Of a stretch of 64,000 nucleotides of DNA, positions 25,206 to 39,213 are shown one piece after another (within the stretch, counting starts at the first letter, position 1; every line of letters begins with the position of its first letter). The notes under the pieces were generated by a model, which saw nothing but the letters and a program-made list of their open reading frames with translations, had not been told where the DNA came from and ran no database searches. Position numbers and translations under genes: made by a program. The stretch comes from Callorhinchus milii (taxonomy: Eukaryota): the NCBI RefSeq assembly GCF_018977255.1, contig NW_024704747.1, forward strand, positions 7,068,001 through 7,132,000, in the 5' to 3' direction.

Positions 25206-28191
25206 AATAATATATTTCCAATAAACTTTCCAGGATCTTATGTATTCTGATTGAAGTGTATTTAGTCTTTGGAAAGCGATGGGGCAACATTGTTATTTTG
25301 ACTCAGCAAATCTTCAGTAAGTTGTTTGTTTTTAACAAAATGAAATCCATCCCTCTTATCAACATCTGCAACAATAACAACAGATTAATGCCTGTGATTA
25401 ATGATCAAGGCTAATGATCAATAATGTGCCATTTAGAAACTGGTTTTGCAAGTAGTGTCGTTCAGCTTATTGAATGATTTAAACATTTGCACCCACTTGG
25501 CTGTTGCAGCATTTCCAATATATAATACCCATAACTTTTTACCATATTGACATCAGGCTTTTCTTGCCTTTCTTATTCTGAATGAATAGATTTTCTAGGA
25601 AATAGATTTGCCATCTGAACCGTCCTACTTTTAATTGTTAATGAGGGTGTTGTGTAAGCCTTGTTGCCCCGTGTGCTTTCAACCTGATTTGTGTAGCAGA
25701 GCCCATCAACACATTTGCCACAGTAGGCAGTGGATTAATGTTGGGGAGTCCCACAGTGCTCTGCTGAAAATAACTCCTGAAGTATCTGATTGTTCACACC
25801 TGCAAACCAAAAATAACACTGACAGTTAGATAGGGCTTTGTCTTTGATGACCTTGCCAAACTACTTGGCTGAATCCATACCTGATTCCGAGCTGCTGATA
25901 ATTTTGGACCTAAGTCAAAAATCTTATCTCATAATATATTTGCTGCTGCATAAAATGGGAGAGAGTTCAGGCAATGATGTGCACACAGCCCATTATACTT
26001 GCCTCATTGTTGGTTTCCTCTTGCTGTTTTATTTAAAATCATTTGTGGCCAAACTAAATAAATTAATATTGGAAAGATCACACCTTCTCTTGAATGAATG
26101 AAATTCCTTGACACAGGAGCTTAGGCTGACACTACAAGCATTATTTAAGAACTAGATACTGGATTTGATGTGTGCCGTTACCGAGAATTGAGCTGAATCT
26201 CACCAAACTGTTGCTCCCTTGGGCTTGGCCCTGCACATGTTTCTTCACCTCTCTCTGGAGATTATATAAATGAGAAAAATATCTGACAATACTGAATGTA
26301 CTGGAGAAATGGGATTTAAAACTTTGCCACAATCTAGTAAAACGACAGAACAAGCTGCACAAGAACATTTGGTAAGCGAAATAGCCTTCTTCTATATCTT
26401 ATGTTCCTATGAGACCCGTTACTTAGGCTCTTATATCATTTTTTTGTTCTGCACTTTGTTTATAGAAATATCTTCCCATAATCATAAAATAACATCTACT
26501 TCTGTGCTCTTAGGTTGTTATCCTATGGGATTATTTTCACATTGAATTTGATCAGTTTTGTGTTCCTGCCTGTCACAACCAGAGGAACCATGTCATTTTG
26601 TGCTGAACAATTTGAAGTCGAGTAAGATACTGAAAGCAATTTGGAAGATGCCTGGATCTCGGTTTGATTGTCAAACATGCAGCTGTTCGCTAACCTGTTG
26701 CGATTTGTATCTTGATATCTATAAAAATGTTCAGTTGGCAGGTTTTATGCAGAAACCTATGGTACTCGTCCTAATACCAGAAGAGTTAAATGACTAAACT
26801 TCCCATCGCCCTGCCCCCACCCCCCACCCAAAAAAACCAAGAATGGGTGTTACATTTTACAGATTTCGCTTATTAAATCTCGAGTGAGCTTTTCTGGAAA
26901 GATAAGTTCAGATGGGGTGGAAGAGCCTGCTTCATTTGAAGTGATCTTGGTGTCTTGTGAATATATGATCTTTGTTCTGGCACATGTGATGGTTCAGAAA
27001 AATGCCACAGTATAGCTGTGCATTTGGCATAGCTAAGGTTACAAAAGCACCATTTCTATCCTCTTATTTATGCTTTCTAATGATTCGATAACATCATAAG
27101 ATCAGACTTTATTTTGGTCATCATATGTAGTCCATTATTTCGGGGACATTAGCAACAGGAAAAAGCTGGAGAGATTTGTAATAAGGACAGATAGACTCTC
27201 ATTAAGAGAACACAATGTACTGGATGTGTCAGCAGGCAAGCCAAACGATCATTTGTTTTCCTTCAAATTCCTTGTCTAGGTTCTCGTTGAGTATTTCCCC
27301 TTTGGCCCTTTATCTTGCTAGATAGCTGTCTGTATGTCCTGATTGATGTCCAAGCACACCAGTGTAAGGGTCAATGAAAGTATGTCATTGTGGTTTCCAT
27401 GAGTAACACGAATATAGAGAGCGATCTGTATCTATAAATAGTGGGAAAGGCCAAACAGAAGGTAAATGATCTCATGTTCTTGCTTTTCCTTTGTAAATAC
27501 GTTTTAAAATAACATCTGATATGCTCAAAAAAAAGAAATTAATGAATTCCTGAAAGGAGTAGGTATATTTTCTTATGATTATCATAATTATCTGAGAATG
27601 CTTTTATTGCTGCATCATATATATGTTGGTTGTCCTGTTTTGCAAATCACATGGGGATGGAGCTCCTCAAAGCGTCTGTGTCATGTGGGATGTGCAGTTA
27701 ATTTATGCTTATGCCATCTGACTAAATTTATAGCTCTCCGACATGTTTTATTTGGAGATCCAGACAATACCTTTACAGAGCTTTGAAGCAACCCATCTAC
27801 ATTAATCTTAGTAAAAGCCCCTGGGAGAATATATCAATAGTAGGTAACCGGTGACTCAAGCATCACCTGAGGTTCCGAACTATCGTTGATATGATTCATT
27901 TTGCAGGATTTTGTGATTCCTTTGTTAGATTCAAGATTAATTGATCTTTAGCCTCCAGCTTAAACCTTTACTACATTCTCAACTTGCACATTAAGATTCC
28001 TGCACTTGAAGATGCAAGGGAAGAATTCTTTGCTCTACTCCTGGGAATTTCAGATTTAAAAGCTTTTGAAAAATAGCAACTTTTGCAGCAAAAGCGAACC
28101 TTGTTTTTTTTTGTTCAGCTTACTCACTCATTTAGAGGGAAATACTGACACAATTCAAAATAATGTCAGTATTCCATGTGTCTGACTGTAC

Positions 28192-28365
28192 ATAATAATC
28201 CTTGCATTTAATATAGAGCCTTATCAAGTTGCTGAGTCGTCTCAATGCGCTTCACAGAAAAGACTGTAAAGTGAATTGACTGTATATTTTGTGGGCGATC
28301 ACCAATTGTGCACAGCAGTGTCCCACAAGCTCGTGGATTGAGTAACCAAGTTATTTTTTTGAATA
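28192..28365 (-). mobile_element. SINE 3' fragment
   Basis: ataataatccttgcattt...gtaaagtgaattgactgtat...cacagcagtgtcccac. Confidence 0.85.
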
Positions 28366-30529
28366 AACACAAAAGTGTCACTGTGTAATTTTTCTTGTTA
28401 TAAGTGTCCCCACAATCAGAATAGATGGCTGAATATCTGGTGCCTGTGGCTGATGCAGCACAACAAGTGTGATTGTGTTTTCCTAATAAAAAAACACTCT
28501 GTTGTACTTGCCAATCCAATGGAGCACATTTAATCCCTGCTGGATGTGTATCTTTGATAGTGTGGTGTTACATACACAATCTGGCAACTCAGTGGAAGTG
28601 TACATCAAACCGCATGGTGCGCATTCCACATATGGCTCTTAAGATTAATATTTGTACATAGCTTTCTCCATTAACTCTGGTGCTAGTTGGTTAAATTGAA
28701 TAAGTTTCGACTGTGTAATCAGCGAAGTGTTTTGGGTGAGGGAAGCTCAAATCTGCAGGGAAAGGGTAATATGTGAGAGAATGTGAAATTATGCATATGT
28801 ACCACAGAGCCACAAGGACAGTATTACTTGCACAGTGCTCTCGCTATTCAAAAGCTAATGTGAATTAAATTATTAATTTATCATCCAAGCAAATGAAAAT
28901 AATTGTTCCAGCAAAGCTTGTTAGCAACCCTGGCTCAGTTTTTGCACCATGGAAATAGCCTTAAATTGCTTGTAGAACTGAACTCAATAATTAACCAGGA
29001 AAAAATAAACAAATGTTTTATGGAAAGAGCTTTTGCAAATGGAAAAGATCCAACATTATCATTACATTAAAATACTGGGATGAAGAAGGTCAATAGCTAT
29101 CTTCTATCATCACAAATCAAATAATCTTCAGATTGCAAATTTCAAAGTAGGAGGAAACCCAACTAGCTAAAATAAGGGGAAAAAGAAACCATCTTGTATG
29201 CTAAAACCCTTAGAGTAGTATTTGTAACTTTACATAGTTTTTCTCCTCTACAAAATATTGGAAACATCAGTGCTGGAACTATTACAAAATACTTGATAAT
29301 TAAACTCATATGTTGGTGTGCAAGATTTATATATCAAAATAAAAAGTGATACTGGGTAAGAATTAATGACAAAAAAAAGGTTTGAATCTGGTAAAGGCAC
29401 TGGAAAAGCCAGTAAATCAGTACATTTTCTGTGTGAAACCCTCCCGGACAATTCTCTCTCTTCTAAACAATATTTTTCTATCAGTCCGCAAATATTCTGC
29501 TTAATAAATTCCCTATACAATACCCAGAAGAAAAGTGATCCAGGCAGCTCAGGAATTAAGTAGGTTGTCCAGATAACATACATATTCTCATACTTTGCTC
29601 TGTTTCATACAACTGTTGTATTTCCCAACAGATGGTTGCCTGAAGTGCACTCAATACCAGCTGATGGACACTGAATGCAGTTGCACATGATTTTGTAATT
29701 TTCTTCAAATGCAACAGCAACAACTTGCATTTATGTAGTGGAGGAGTTTTGATTGAGTTTTAAATTGTGCCTACCGGGAGGTCTGTGGGAAAAGTCTAAG
29801 CAGGATCCAAGCGTATAGAAGACATTAAATCACATCAAAAGCATGGAAAAGAAATGACCTGAATGCCGTCCAATTTTAAATTTCAATGAGTTTTTCTTAT
29901 CTCATGCCATACTGCTCTACACCATTATCCTAACCAATTCTGGTCAATTGAGATTCAGACACCCACAGCCCATTAGGTCTTCTTTGCAATAGGCTTTCAG
30001 ATCAAAATGAATGAACATCTGTGGAAAGAAAATGGTGATATGTGACTAATGATAAAGTGGAATTGAGTAAATATTGTGATCCCACTTTAATTGTGGTTTT
30101 CCTGGCATATATTTTGATCAGGTCTTATTGTGTGTGTGTGTGTGTTTTTCATGTACTCCGGTCAGATAAAGTTGACATTGCTGCAAATCGTGAATACACT
30201 TTGTTTTGGCAATTTCCATTGAATTTTGAATTCAATATATTTTGTAACCCACGTACAACAATTAAGGGAAATTATCTTATCCACTGTCACCAGGTATTAT
30301 AAGTACTTTATACGTCTGAGTAACTAGAGTACTCCTTTGGGGTTTGGATTGTTCTGTGCAAACAATCTAATTTGTTTTGTTCTGCTGAAAGATTTATTTG
30401 AGAACTTAAATTTTTGCTGATCTTTATTACTCTAGGCATTCCTTTTTGGGGTCTATTTCAGTTCTCTGCTAGTGCATCAGGAAACATTAGTGATGTAATA
30501 AGCATTATTTTTTTATTTTGCTTTTGTAG

Positions 30530-30717
30530 GTGGTACAGCATACGGGACAAGCGATTCCAGATGGATTGGCTGTTGACTGGGTTGGCAAGAATCTATACTG
30601 GTGTGACAAAACAAAGCTAACTATTGAAGTCTCCAAACTTAATGGGCTTTATCAGACAGGCCTTGTCAACACAGGGCTGAAGACTCCTAAAGATCTAGCA
30701 TTAGATCCTCGTATTGG
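30530..30717 (+). CDS. LRP1B: Exon I, YWTD repeats, 188 nt, phase 0-2
   Basis: ttttgtag|GTG...GG|gtatga; [63 protein letters not shown]. Confidence 0.95.
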
Positions 30718-31454
30718 GTATGAACAGTTTTATTTACAGTGTAAATATCATTGCAGTAGAAATTTCGTTCTCCACATTCGTGGACCTGTCACTTCCTGTG
30801 TGCATAAAAATAGAGAACCGTTATAGCACATCGCTGGGGGCAAATTGACTGCCACGTTGTCACCCAGATACACAGTCACTACAGTTTACAGTTCAATGAA
30901 GCACTTTGAGACGTTCTCCCATGAAAGACATTATATCAGATGCATTATTATTATAGAAGCATTCCAGTTATTGATATTTTTAAAACTAGAAATAGCCTTA
31001 GACATTCAGTACAAGCTATACTAATAGTACATAAGGATTAATACGTCTAATGTTTGCTTTAATTCATAGTACAATGGTAGATTATATTCTAGTACCTATG
31101 GGCAACTACAGTGCACAATGTGTTAATGATTCAGTTGTATTGTATTGAATTGCTTCACACCTATGTTTGGTGCTGGTTTGTAACCTTGTACTGGCTGTTC
31201 AGATCTGTCAGCTACAAATATAATATATTGTATCGTATCCTGGCTGGGCTACCAGGTGAGAATATGTGAGGGAAAGATAAATTATTGTTCCCTATAGCAA
31301 CTATTTTTTCTTTCTTCTGACCATGCATGAAGTGTTAAATAACTGTCAAGCTGATCTTCACAGGCTGACTGGCTGTCTATCTGTCCCATACTTGCAGAGG
31401 AAGTTAAGCCAATGTAGAAACACACCTGGCAGATAGATATAAGGGATTTTAACT

Positions 31455-31825
31455 TAAGGTGGACATTAAAGAACACATGATACTATTTGGAAAGAGAAAG
31501 AGAGTTTCCCTCCCGCCCTCCACCCCTCCTGATCCCAACCACCAGCTCGGGTGCAGTTCCCTAACTGTCCAGCACCTTGGGATGTCCTCCTGACATGAAA
31601 GGTGCTATACAAATGTAATTTGTTGTTGTTGTTGCCAGTGTCTGGCCAATTATCATCTAGTTAAATTGTTGAATCATCTCCTGGTAGTTTGTGAAACACC
31701 ACTTACATAAATTGGCTCCCACCTCGCCCATAGATTCACAGTCACTACACTGAACAGTTTCTACTGTGAATTCTTTTAAGACATTTCATCTTGCTAGAGC
31801 ACTAGATCAAAGGCAAGGATTGTTG
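31455..31825 (+). mobile_element. Old Deu-domain SINE with an L2 3' tail (31511-31633) inserted in it
   Basis: aggtggacattaaagaacacatgatactatttggaaag..gagtttccc | L2 tail ending (TTG)n | ccagtgtctggccaat...aattggctccc...aggcaaggattgtt. Confidence 0.65.
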
Positions 31826-32199
31826 TCATCACTTCTCATCTAAATTCCATTTGTTCTGATTCAAAACACATTAGTCAGTCGGACCACATACTTCTAACCT
31901 ATTTCCATAGAGCAATTCTGTTAGCTCCAATTACTGAAGCAAGAGGATGGTGATTATTCTGTCAGCAAGAGATCGTAAGAGAATACAATTAGCCAACAAA
32001 TCCCAAACAGTGCCATTCTAGCAGTGCTTTGCAGGGACAACATGAGATAGGCAGCATTGGCTTGAGGGAAAACTCACATAAAAGAAAGCAAGACTAATTA
32101 TTATATCTGATAGATTCTCAAAGAAAATAAACTTATATAATCTCTCACAGAGACTTGGCAATTTTAAGTAGGCAGGGAAATGATATGATGAAACCCAAT

Positions 32200-33013
32200 A
32201 GATGAATTTCAATGTGGAGAAATGCGAGGTAATGCATTTTGGTAGAAAGAATGAGGGAAGGCAATATAGGCTGGTAATATAATCTTAAGGGGGGTATAAA
32301 GAGCAGAGAGACCTGGGGGTGCAGGTAAATGAATCCTTGAAGGTGGCAGGACAGGTAGATAAAGCTGTAAAAAGGGCATATGGGATACTAGGCTTTATAA
32401 GTAGGGGCATAGAGTACAAGAGTCAGGAGGTTATGATTAACCTATATAAACACTGGTTAGGCCGCAGTTAGAAAACTGCGCCCAGTTCTGGGCACCACAC
32501 TATAGGAAGGATGTTAAGGCATTGGAAAGGGCGCAGAGGAGATTTACAAGAATGGTAACAGGAATGAGGGACCTTGATTATGAGGAAAGGCTAGTGAGGC
32601 TGGGATTATTCTCATTGGAGCAGAGAAGGTTACGAGGAGACCTAATAGAGGTCTTCAAAATCATGAGGGGATTTGATAGGTTAGAAAGGGAAAAAACTGT
32701 TTCCACTGGTGGGTGTGTCAGTGACTCGAGGCCACAGATTTAAAATAGTTTCTAAAAGAAGCAGAGGGGAGGTGAGAAGAAATTTTTTCACGCAGCGAGT
32801 TGTTCGAATCTGGAACGCATTGCCTGAAAGGGTGGTGGAGGCCGATTCGATAACTACTTTTAAAAACGCGGTGGATGGGTATTTGAGGAGGACGGGTTTG
32901 CAGGGTTATGGGGAAAGTGGGATTGACATTAATTGCTCTAATCAAAGAACCGGCACAGACTCGATGGGCAGAATGGCCTCTTTTTGTGCTGTATGATTTA
33001 TGATTCTATGATT
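32200..33013 (+). mobile_element. CR1 LINE 3' fragment
   Basis: MNFNVEKCEVMHFG, ERDLGV, LERAQRRFTRMV, LGLFSLEQRRLRGDLIEVFKIM motifs; ends atgatttatgattctatgatt (CR1 ATTCTATG repeat). Confidence 0.93.
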
Positions 33014-33594
33014 AGGGTTTGCCATTTTCCTGCACCACCCCTGTTCAAGTCATGTTTCCCATTGAACAGAAACATCCCAAAAGATCGGGAACACAAGGAT
33101 TGTAAAATAAATCAAGAGTTGTGGTGACTCAAGTGTATTGAAAGTTCCAATATTTAATCCTGCTGTACTGAGAGAGCCGTCTGTCAGTTTGGCACCACAG
33201 TGGTAGCCTAAGGTTCTTCAGATGCCATGGTGTTTTTGACATGTTTGTGTGGAATTGAAGAGAAGAATATTAACCAAGAATTAACAAGCCCAAAGAGGTT
33301 CCACAGAGACTAGCCTCATTGTGACTTACTAGTTCACTTGGAAAATAAATCCATTCTGAACTACTGAACTCATTTAGTTCACAATACATTTTAGTGCTTT
33401 GGATACCACTGATGCAATCCTTCATATTTCTTTCCTTGATATTTATTGCTGTCTTCCAAACTGTCATATGTGATGAATACTGTGGTCTAAAATATGTTTT
33501 TAATATATATCTTTGATGCAAGACTTGAGGTGAGATGCAATATATGAAAGCTTAAATTTAGTTTGACACTTTTCTTATGAACATCTTTGAATAG

Positions 33595-33800
33595 ATATTT
33601 GTATTGGACCGACAATAGTGATTATCCACACATTGGTCGTGTTGGAATGGATGGGACATCGCAAAGTGTTATCATTAACACAAAAATCTCAAAGCCAAGT
33701 GGTCTGTGCCTGGATTATGTGAATAACAGACTATATTGGGCTGAGGATCAGGAAGATTATATAGAATTTGCTGACCTGGATGGCTCCAATAGACATAGAG
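33595..33800 (+). CDS. LRP1B: Exon J, YWTD repeats, 206 nt, phase 2-1
   Basis: tgaatag|A...AGAG|gtaggt; [68 protein letters not shown]. Confidence 0.95.
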
Positions 33801-33920
33801 GTAGGTAAGGCTGTTTTTTTCCAATTTAGAATATTATTAATGTGTACATTTTAGTTATGCATGCTATGAATTAATAATGCCTCCTATTTAGTTTATAGAT
33901 AAATTGTTAATTTGTTAAAT

Positions 33921-34045
33921 ATAGAATCATAGAATCTTGCAGCACAGAAGGCAGCCATTCAGCCCATTGCGCCTGTGCCAGCTCTTTGAAAGAGCTATCC
34001 AACTAGTCCCTGTACTTACTCTTACTACATAGCCCAGCAAATGTA
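33921..34045 (-). mobile_element. CR1-type 3' end (LINE or partner SINE tail)
   Basis: atagaatcatagaatc is the reverse of (ATTCTATG)n, followed by cagcacagaaggcagccattcagccc. Confidence 0.75.
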
Positions 34046-34240
34046 TCAGCAAATTAATTCTGTTTTCAAAATACAATATTGATCAATGCATTACATGGAA
34101 TTATTATTTACTTACTAGCAGTGTGCCAATTATTATATAATTCACAGAGAACTAGCATCTTTCCATTTTTCCATGGCTAGATGACTGCATACATGTGATG
34201 TGTAGCTTTAATTTGTTGTTAAATTTGTTATTAAATGTCC

Positions 34241-36293
34241 ATCTCAGACCATTACTTCATCTCCTTTAGCTCCTCAAACCCTCACCCCAACACCAACCAC
34301 CCCACCTCCATCTCCTACAACCCCTGGAAAAAAATCTCCCCGCTCCCTATCCGCTGCCTTGAAGTCAACTGAACTCCTCCCACTCTGGGTTTCCTCCCAC
34401 AATGACCTATCCTCCTTAGTCACTCTCCTTCACAACTCCTTCTCCGCCACTTTCAATGCCCAAGCTCCCCTCACTTCCCAAACCATCACCTTACTCATGA
34501 AAGTCACGTTGGTACACCAGCCACCTCCACTCCCTAAAGCACAGGTGCGTGCCACTGAACGCACCTGGCTCAAATCCAAGTTAACAGTCCATCAGCAGAT
34601 CTGGCAAGATCTTGGAGGCCAAGAACAATCCCAGGCTCCTCTTCTCCATCACTAACCAACTCCTCCGCCCACCCTCTCATGCGTCGCCCATCATTTCCTC
34701 CATCGCAACTACGAGGCAATGCTGGACTTCCTCGAAACTAAAGTCAAAGGGATCCGCTCAGCTCCCTATGCTCTTCTATCTACTAACTCCTTCCCATCTC
34801 TTCCTCACACCCCAGCCCCTACCCATCCCTCCCTCCACACCTTCAAACCTGTCTCCCTCTCCTCTCTCACCACCACGATAACCCACATGAAACCGACCAC
34901 CTGCTCCTTCGACCCCATCCCTACCCCTATCCTTACCTCTTAGCTCCACCTACTTTCCCCTCTACTTGCAGACATCATAAACCTACCCCTGTCCACTGAA
35001 ACCATTCCCACTCCTTTACAAATGGCCCTATCTTCATCCCTATCCTTAAAAAACCCTCCCTGGACCCAACCCCACTCTCAAACTACTGCCCCATCTCCAA
35101 CTTCCCTTTCCTTTCCAAGGTCCTGGAATTAGTCATTGCTTCCTAACTTTGCTACTTCTCTCCCACCCTTCCCTTCACAAATGCCTCCAATCAGGTTTCC
35201 GTGCCGCCTACAGGACAGAAACAGCTTTCGTCAAAGTGACAAATGAAAGTTTGTCCATCTGCAACCAGGGCTCCCTCTGCCTCCTCGTCCTCCTTGACCT
35301 CTCTTCTGTCTTCGATACCGTTGACAACTTTATCCTTATCCACCACCTCTCCTCTCACCTCAACCTTCATGGTTCTGTCCTTGAATGATTCAGATTGTAC
35401 TCTCACACTGTCTCCACTTTATCTCCACAAATGGTTTCTCCTCTAGCTCCCTGACCATCTTGTGTGGTGTTCCTCAGGGCTCTGTCCTTAGTCCCCTCCT
35501 CTTCAATGTCTATATGCTCCCTCTTGGTGACATCATCCGCAGACACAGGGTCAACTTCTACATGTATGTGGATGACACCCAACTGTACCTCTCTGCCTCC
35601 ACCCTCGACTCCAGGACTACTGTTGTGTTGACAGAAATGTCTGTCAGACATCAAGTCTTGGATGAGAGCTAACTTTCTTCAGTTGAACGTCAACAAGACC
35701 GAGGCCCTCCTGATTGGCTCCCATCCAACCCTCCGCAGTATCTCACAGGATCACCATCCATGGGTCACACTCCACCTCATTGAGCCAGTCCGGAACCTTG
35801 GCATCTTGTTTGACTCTCAAATATCCTTTCTGCCCCACATCTGTGCCATGACCCATTCTGCTTGCTCTGCCACTGTCTTACACTGCAGCCCCCGAAACCC
35901 TCATACATGCATTCATAACATCCAGGCTTGATTATGCAAACTCCCTGCTTGTCGGTCTCCCCAACTCCTCCCTCCACAGGCTACCCACTCAGCTCAGGGG
36001 ACTCCAGCCTGCTTCACGTCCCCTGCCTCACCCACCCCACCATTGGCGGGCAGGCCTTCAGTCACTCTGCCCCCACCCTCTGGCTCCATCCCACACTCCC
36101 TCTGCCTCGCCCCCTCCCTTACCTCCTTCAAGAACCAACTCAAGACCCTCCTCTGCGACTATGCCTTCGATCACTCTCCTTCCTCCCCTGCCCTCCACCC
36201 TCCCTGATCCTGACCCCCAGCTCAGGTCCAGCATCTTGGGACGTCCTCCTAACTTGAAAGGCGCTGTACAAATGTAATTTTGTTGTTGTTGTT
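34241..36293 (+). mobile_element. L2 LINE, 5'-truncated, degraded ORF2 (end of APE through RT), tail type 1
   Basis: [46 protein letters not shown]; ends aaatgtaattttgttgttgttgtt. Confidence 0.92.
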
Positions 36294-38266
36294 AAATCGA
36301 TAATTTATGAACCTTTATGTGCTGCTTTATATACAGCCTTTTGAAAATAAATATTTGAAACATGCTTTTAAATGTACATTTCAATATAAAAATAAACCAT
36401 TTTAACTCTTCTCATTAATTAGAAATGTTGGCAAATCTATCTGTGGGGTTTATGAAATAGAAAATAATTTAAAACAGTTTTTTCATTCCCAATTTAAAAC
36501 TCACAACATGAAGCTGCAATTCTTTTCAGTGTAATTTTATGCGTTGAATTCAAACTTATTCATCTCTTTCTTACTCAGCATTTGGTTTATGGGACAAATG
36601 ACTTTCCTTTTACGGTCTTTGATGCTTTGGGATTGGTTTCTATGGAAGTTGGTCAATTACTGCATGTCATGTTATCTTGCTCCCCATAATTTTGTCATAC
36701 CAATGTCATTATACATTAGGTGGTAGCCACAATGTGATCATTAGTGCAACAGTGTGCAGTGTTGGATGTTTCAGTGACTCTGCAACACGATCAAGAAGGA
36801 ATTCTGACCAAGGCTTTTGTTTCTTAAATTTCGAGTCCCAAGTTCTTTTAGATGTTTTGTGTTTCAAATCATCAAATGATTTTGATCAAAATTGGGTTTA
36901 GGAGGTTTGCAAAATTATAGTTTGAACCTGGTACTTTTGTTTCTTATTTCTGATTGCATTGTTTTTTTCTGAAACAATCTGGTTTAATCTTTAGCCAAAA
37001 TGCCAGACAGGTCACTTTTCCCACATAATGACTGCCGTATGGAGAGGAGTATGAGAGTGGGTTGGGACAATGCCTTGTCTATGGGGAACCAGGGCAGCAT
37101 TGTATCTTCACTGAGAATCTAACCAGGAACAAACTCATATTCTACCATTCAGGGTGTTATATGCTGCTACACCACCCCCAAGCTCTCTTTTTAGAGAAGT
37201 ATAATTGTGTAGCTTTTCTAAGGCTTAGAGGGATAGCTATCTGCATTTTTCACCTTATCTGAAAAATTAAAGTGTCTCACAAGATGAAATTTTATCTTAC
37301 CTCCATGATTGAAACACTGTACGTCAGGTTATCTGGCCCCCCACTGATTGAACACTGCAGCAGGATTAAGGCAAGAAAATGTTGTGAAATGAAAGGCAAT
37401 TTTCAGAATGTTTACTGGTAGATGTTTTTTTATTATTTAGTTCAGACTCATTCTTTATATTTGCCTAGATACGTCTTTTAAACATGAGCTGAGTGGTCGA
37501 GTAATATTATTGTTGGTTGGTAATCCAAGCACGAAATGTTGTGTTGAAGTAGATCAATGTCAAACTTATTAGCAGATAACTTATACAGTTTTAATGGAGG
37601 GTAACAAAAAAAGTTTTTTTGTTTAAGAGTGCAAAATACTGAAAGTAGCAAATACAAAATAAATCTCTCCTCCTCAAGGATGTCAAAATCAAAATCATAA
37701 AAGCAAATTGATTCTGACAGCACTATTATATCATATTTGCTAATCTTTCAGTATTATCTTGGATCCTGCTTGTGACATTTCGCTCATGCCTATGGTGTTT
37801 CTGAAGTATTTAGTCCTGCTCACTTAATGGGATGAAATCCAAATTTCAGAGTTTACCATGGAGCAGATTCTGTACAGCCTATGCTCAATCCCATTTTCCT
37901 TTTCTTCTGATCCCAATTCTGCCAGCGTTCTTCATCTCAATTGAATCTGAGCACTTGAACTGATTTAATCGGATTCCAATTCAAGCTTTCAGAATGGTTT
38001 CTCATTCCATCGAGATGCACTAGCTTGCAGGAACAGTCCTTTCCTGTCCAGTGTTGGACTGAGTGAAACATTAGGAATTGGGTTCATGCAGTTAATCCTG
38101 AGTTCCTTTAACTGGTAATAGAGGATTTTAGGGAGCTGGCATTTTGTCACAGCAATTATTCACAAGAAGTTATGTGGCAGTAGTATCTGATAGCTCGTGC
38201 GATATTGAATATTGTAACTGGCAGTTGGCCAAGACAGTGCACTAATCTACCTGTATCCCATTGCAG

Positions 38267-38455
38267 TTCTTAAACAAGATATTCTGCACGTATTAGCGTT
38301 GACGTTATTTGAAGACTACATCTACTGGACAGACTGGAAAACTAAATCAGTCAGCCGAGCTCACAAAACCACAGGCTTGAACAAGATGTCACTAATCAGT
38401 TCCTGGCATCAGATAATGGACATCCACGTTTATCACTCTCACAGACAGCCAGATG
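38267..38455 (+). CDS. LRP1B: Exon K, last YWTD repeats, 189 nt, phase 1-1
   Basis: ttgcag|TT...GATG|gtaatt; [63 protein letters not shown]. Confidence 0.95.
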
Positions 38456-38529
38456 GTAATTCTTCACAAGATCCTGTATTTTTTCAAAAGTTGCCTTAAC
38501 GATTTATTCCTTCCCGCCCTCTGAATTTC

Positions 38530-39213
38530 CTTTCTACCCCAGATGCTTTCCCTGACCAGGCCCGCTTTTATCCACCTCTGCCATATTGCCTGTCTCCATC
38601 CGTACCTCATAACCAAAGCAGCCGAAACCCTCTTCCATGTCTTTGTCACTTCCCAGCTGTACTATTCCAATGCCCTCCTCGCTGGCCACCCCAGCTTCAC
38701 CATACACAAAATTCAATTAATTCAAAGCTCCGCTGCGCGGATTCTCACCCACACAAATCTCCATACCCGCATCACACCAGTCCTTGCCAGGGTTCACTGG
38801 CTCCCAATTACTGAGTGGATCGATTTCAAGATCCTCTCACTTGTCTTCAAATCCCACCATGCCCTAAAATCTCTCTATCTATCCAATTTTGTTACCCCCC
38901 ACTCCACCACCCACTGGCTCCTCTCAGCTGTTTCCGGCCTCTTGTTTGTCCTTCGTGTCTTCCGCTCCACGATCAGTGCCGTGCCTTCAGCCACTATGCC
39001 CCAAAACATTGGAACTCTCTCCCTCTATCCCTCCGTCTTGTCCCTCTCTCCCCATTTTCAAATCCCACCTAAACACCTTGCTTTTTGACTGTGCTTATGG
39101 TCACCTCCCCACTCCCTCTCCCCCTGGCTCAGAGTCAGACTCCACCACTGTCAAGGGCTCTGGGATGCTACCCCGCGTGAGGGGCGCTATATAAATGCAA
39201 GTTGTTGTTGTTG
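38530..39213 (+). mobile_element. L2 LINE 3' fragment (tail type 2)
   Basis: ORF 38543-39088 (KIQLIQSSAARIL, HWLPI..IDFKIL); ends gtgaggggcgctatataaatgcaagttgttgttgttg. Confidence 0.9.

Noticed and set aside
26261-26371. Exon-like segment (pyrimidine-rich ...ggag acceptor, TTG|gtaagc donor, 111 nt)
   Set aside because: There is an in-frame TAA at its third codon, no similarity to propeller sequence, and exons H and I already join seamlessly.
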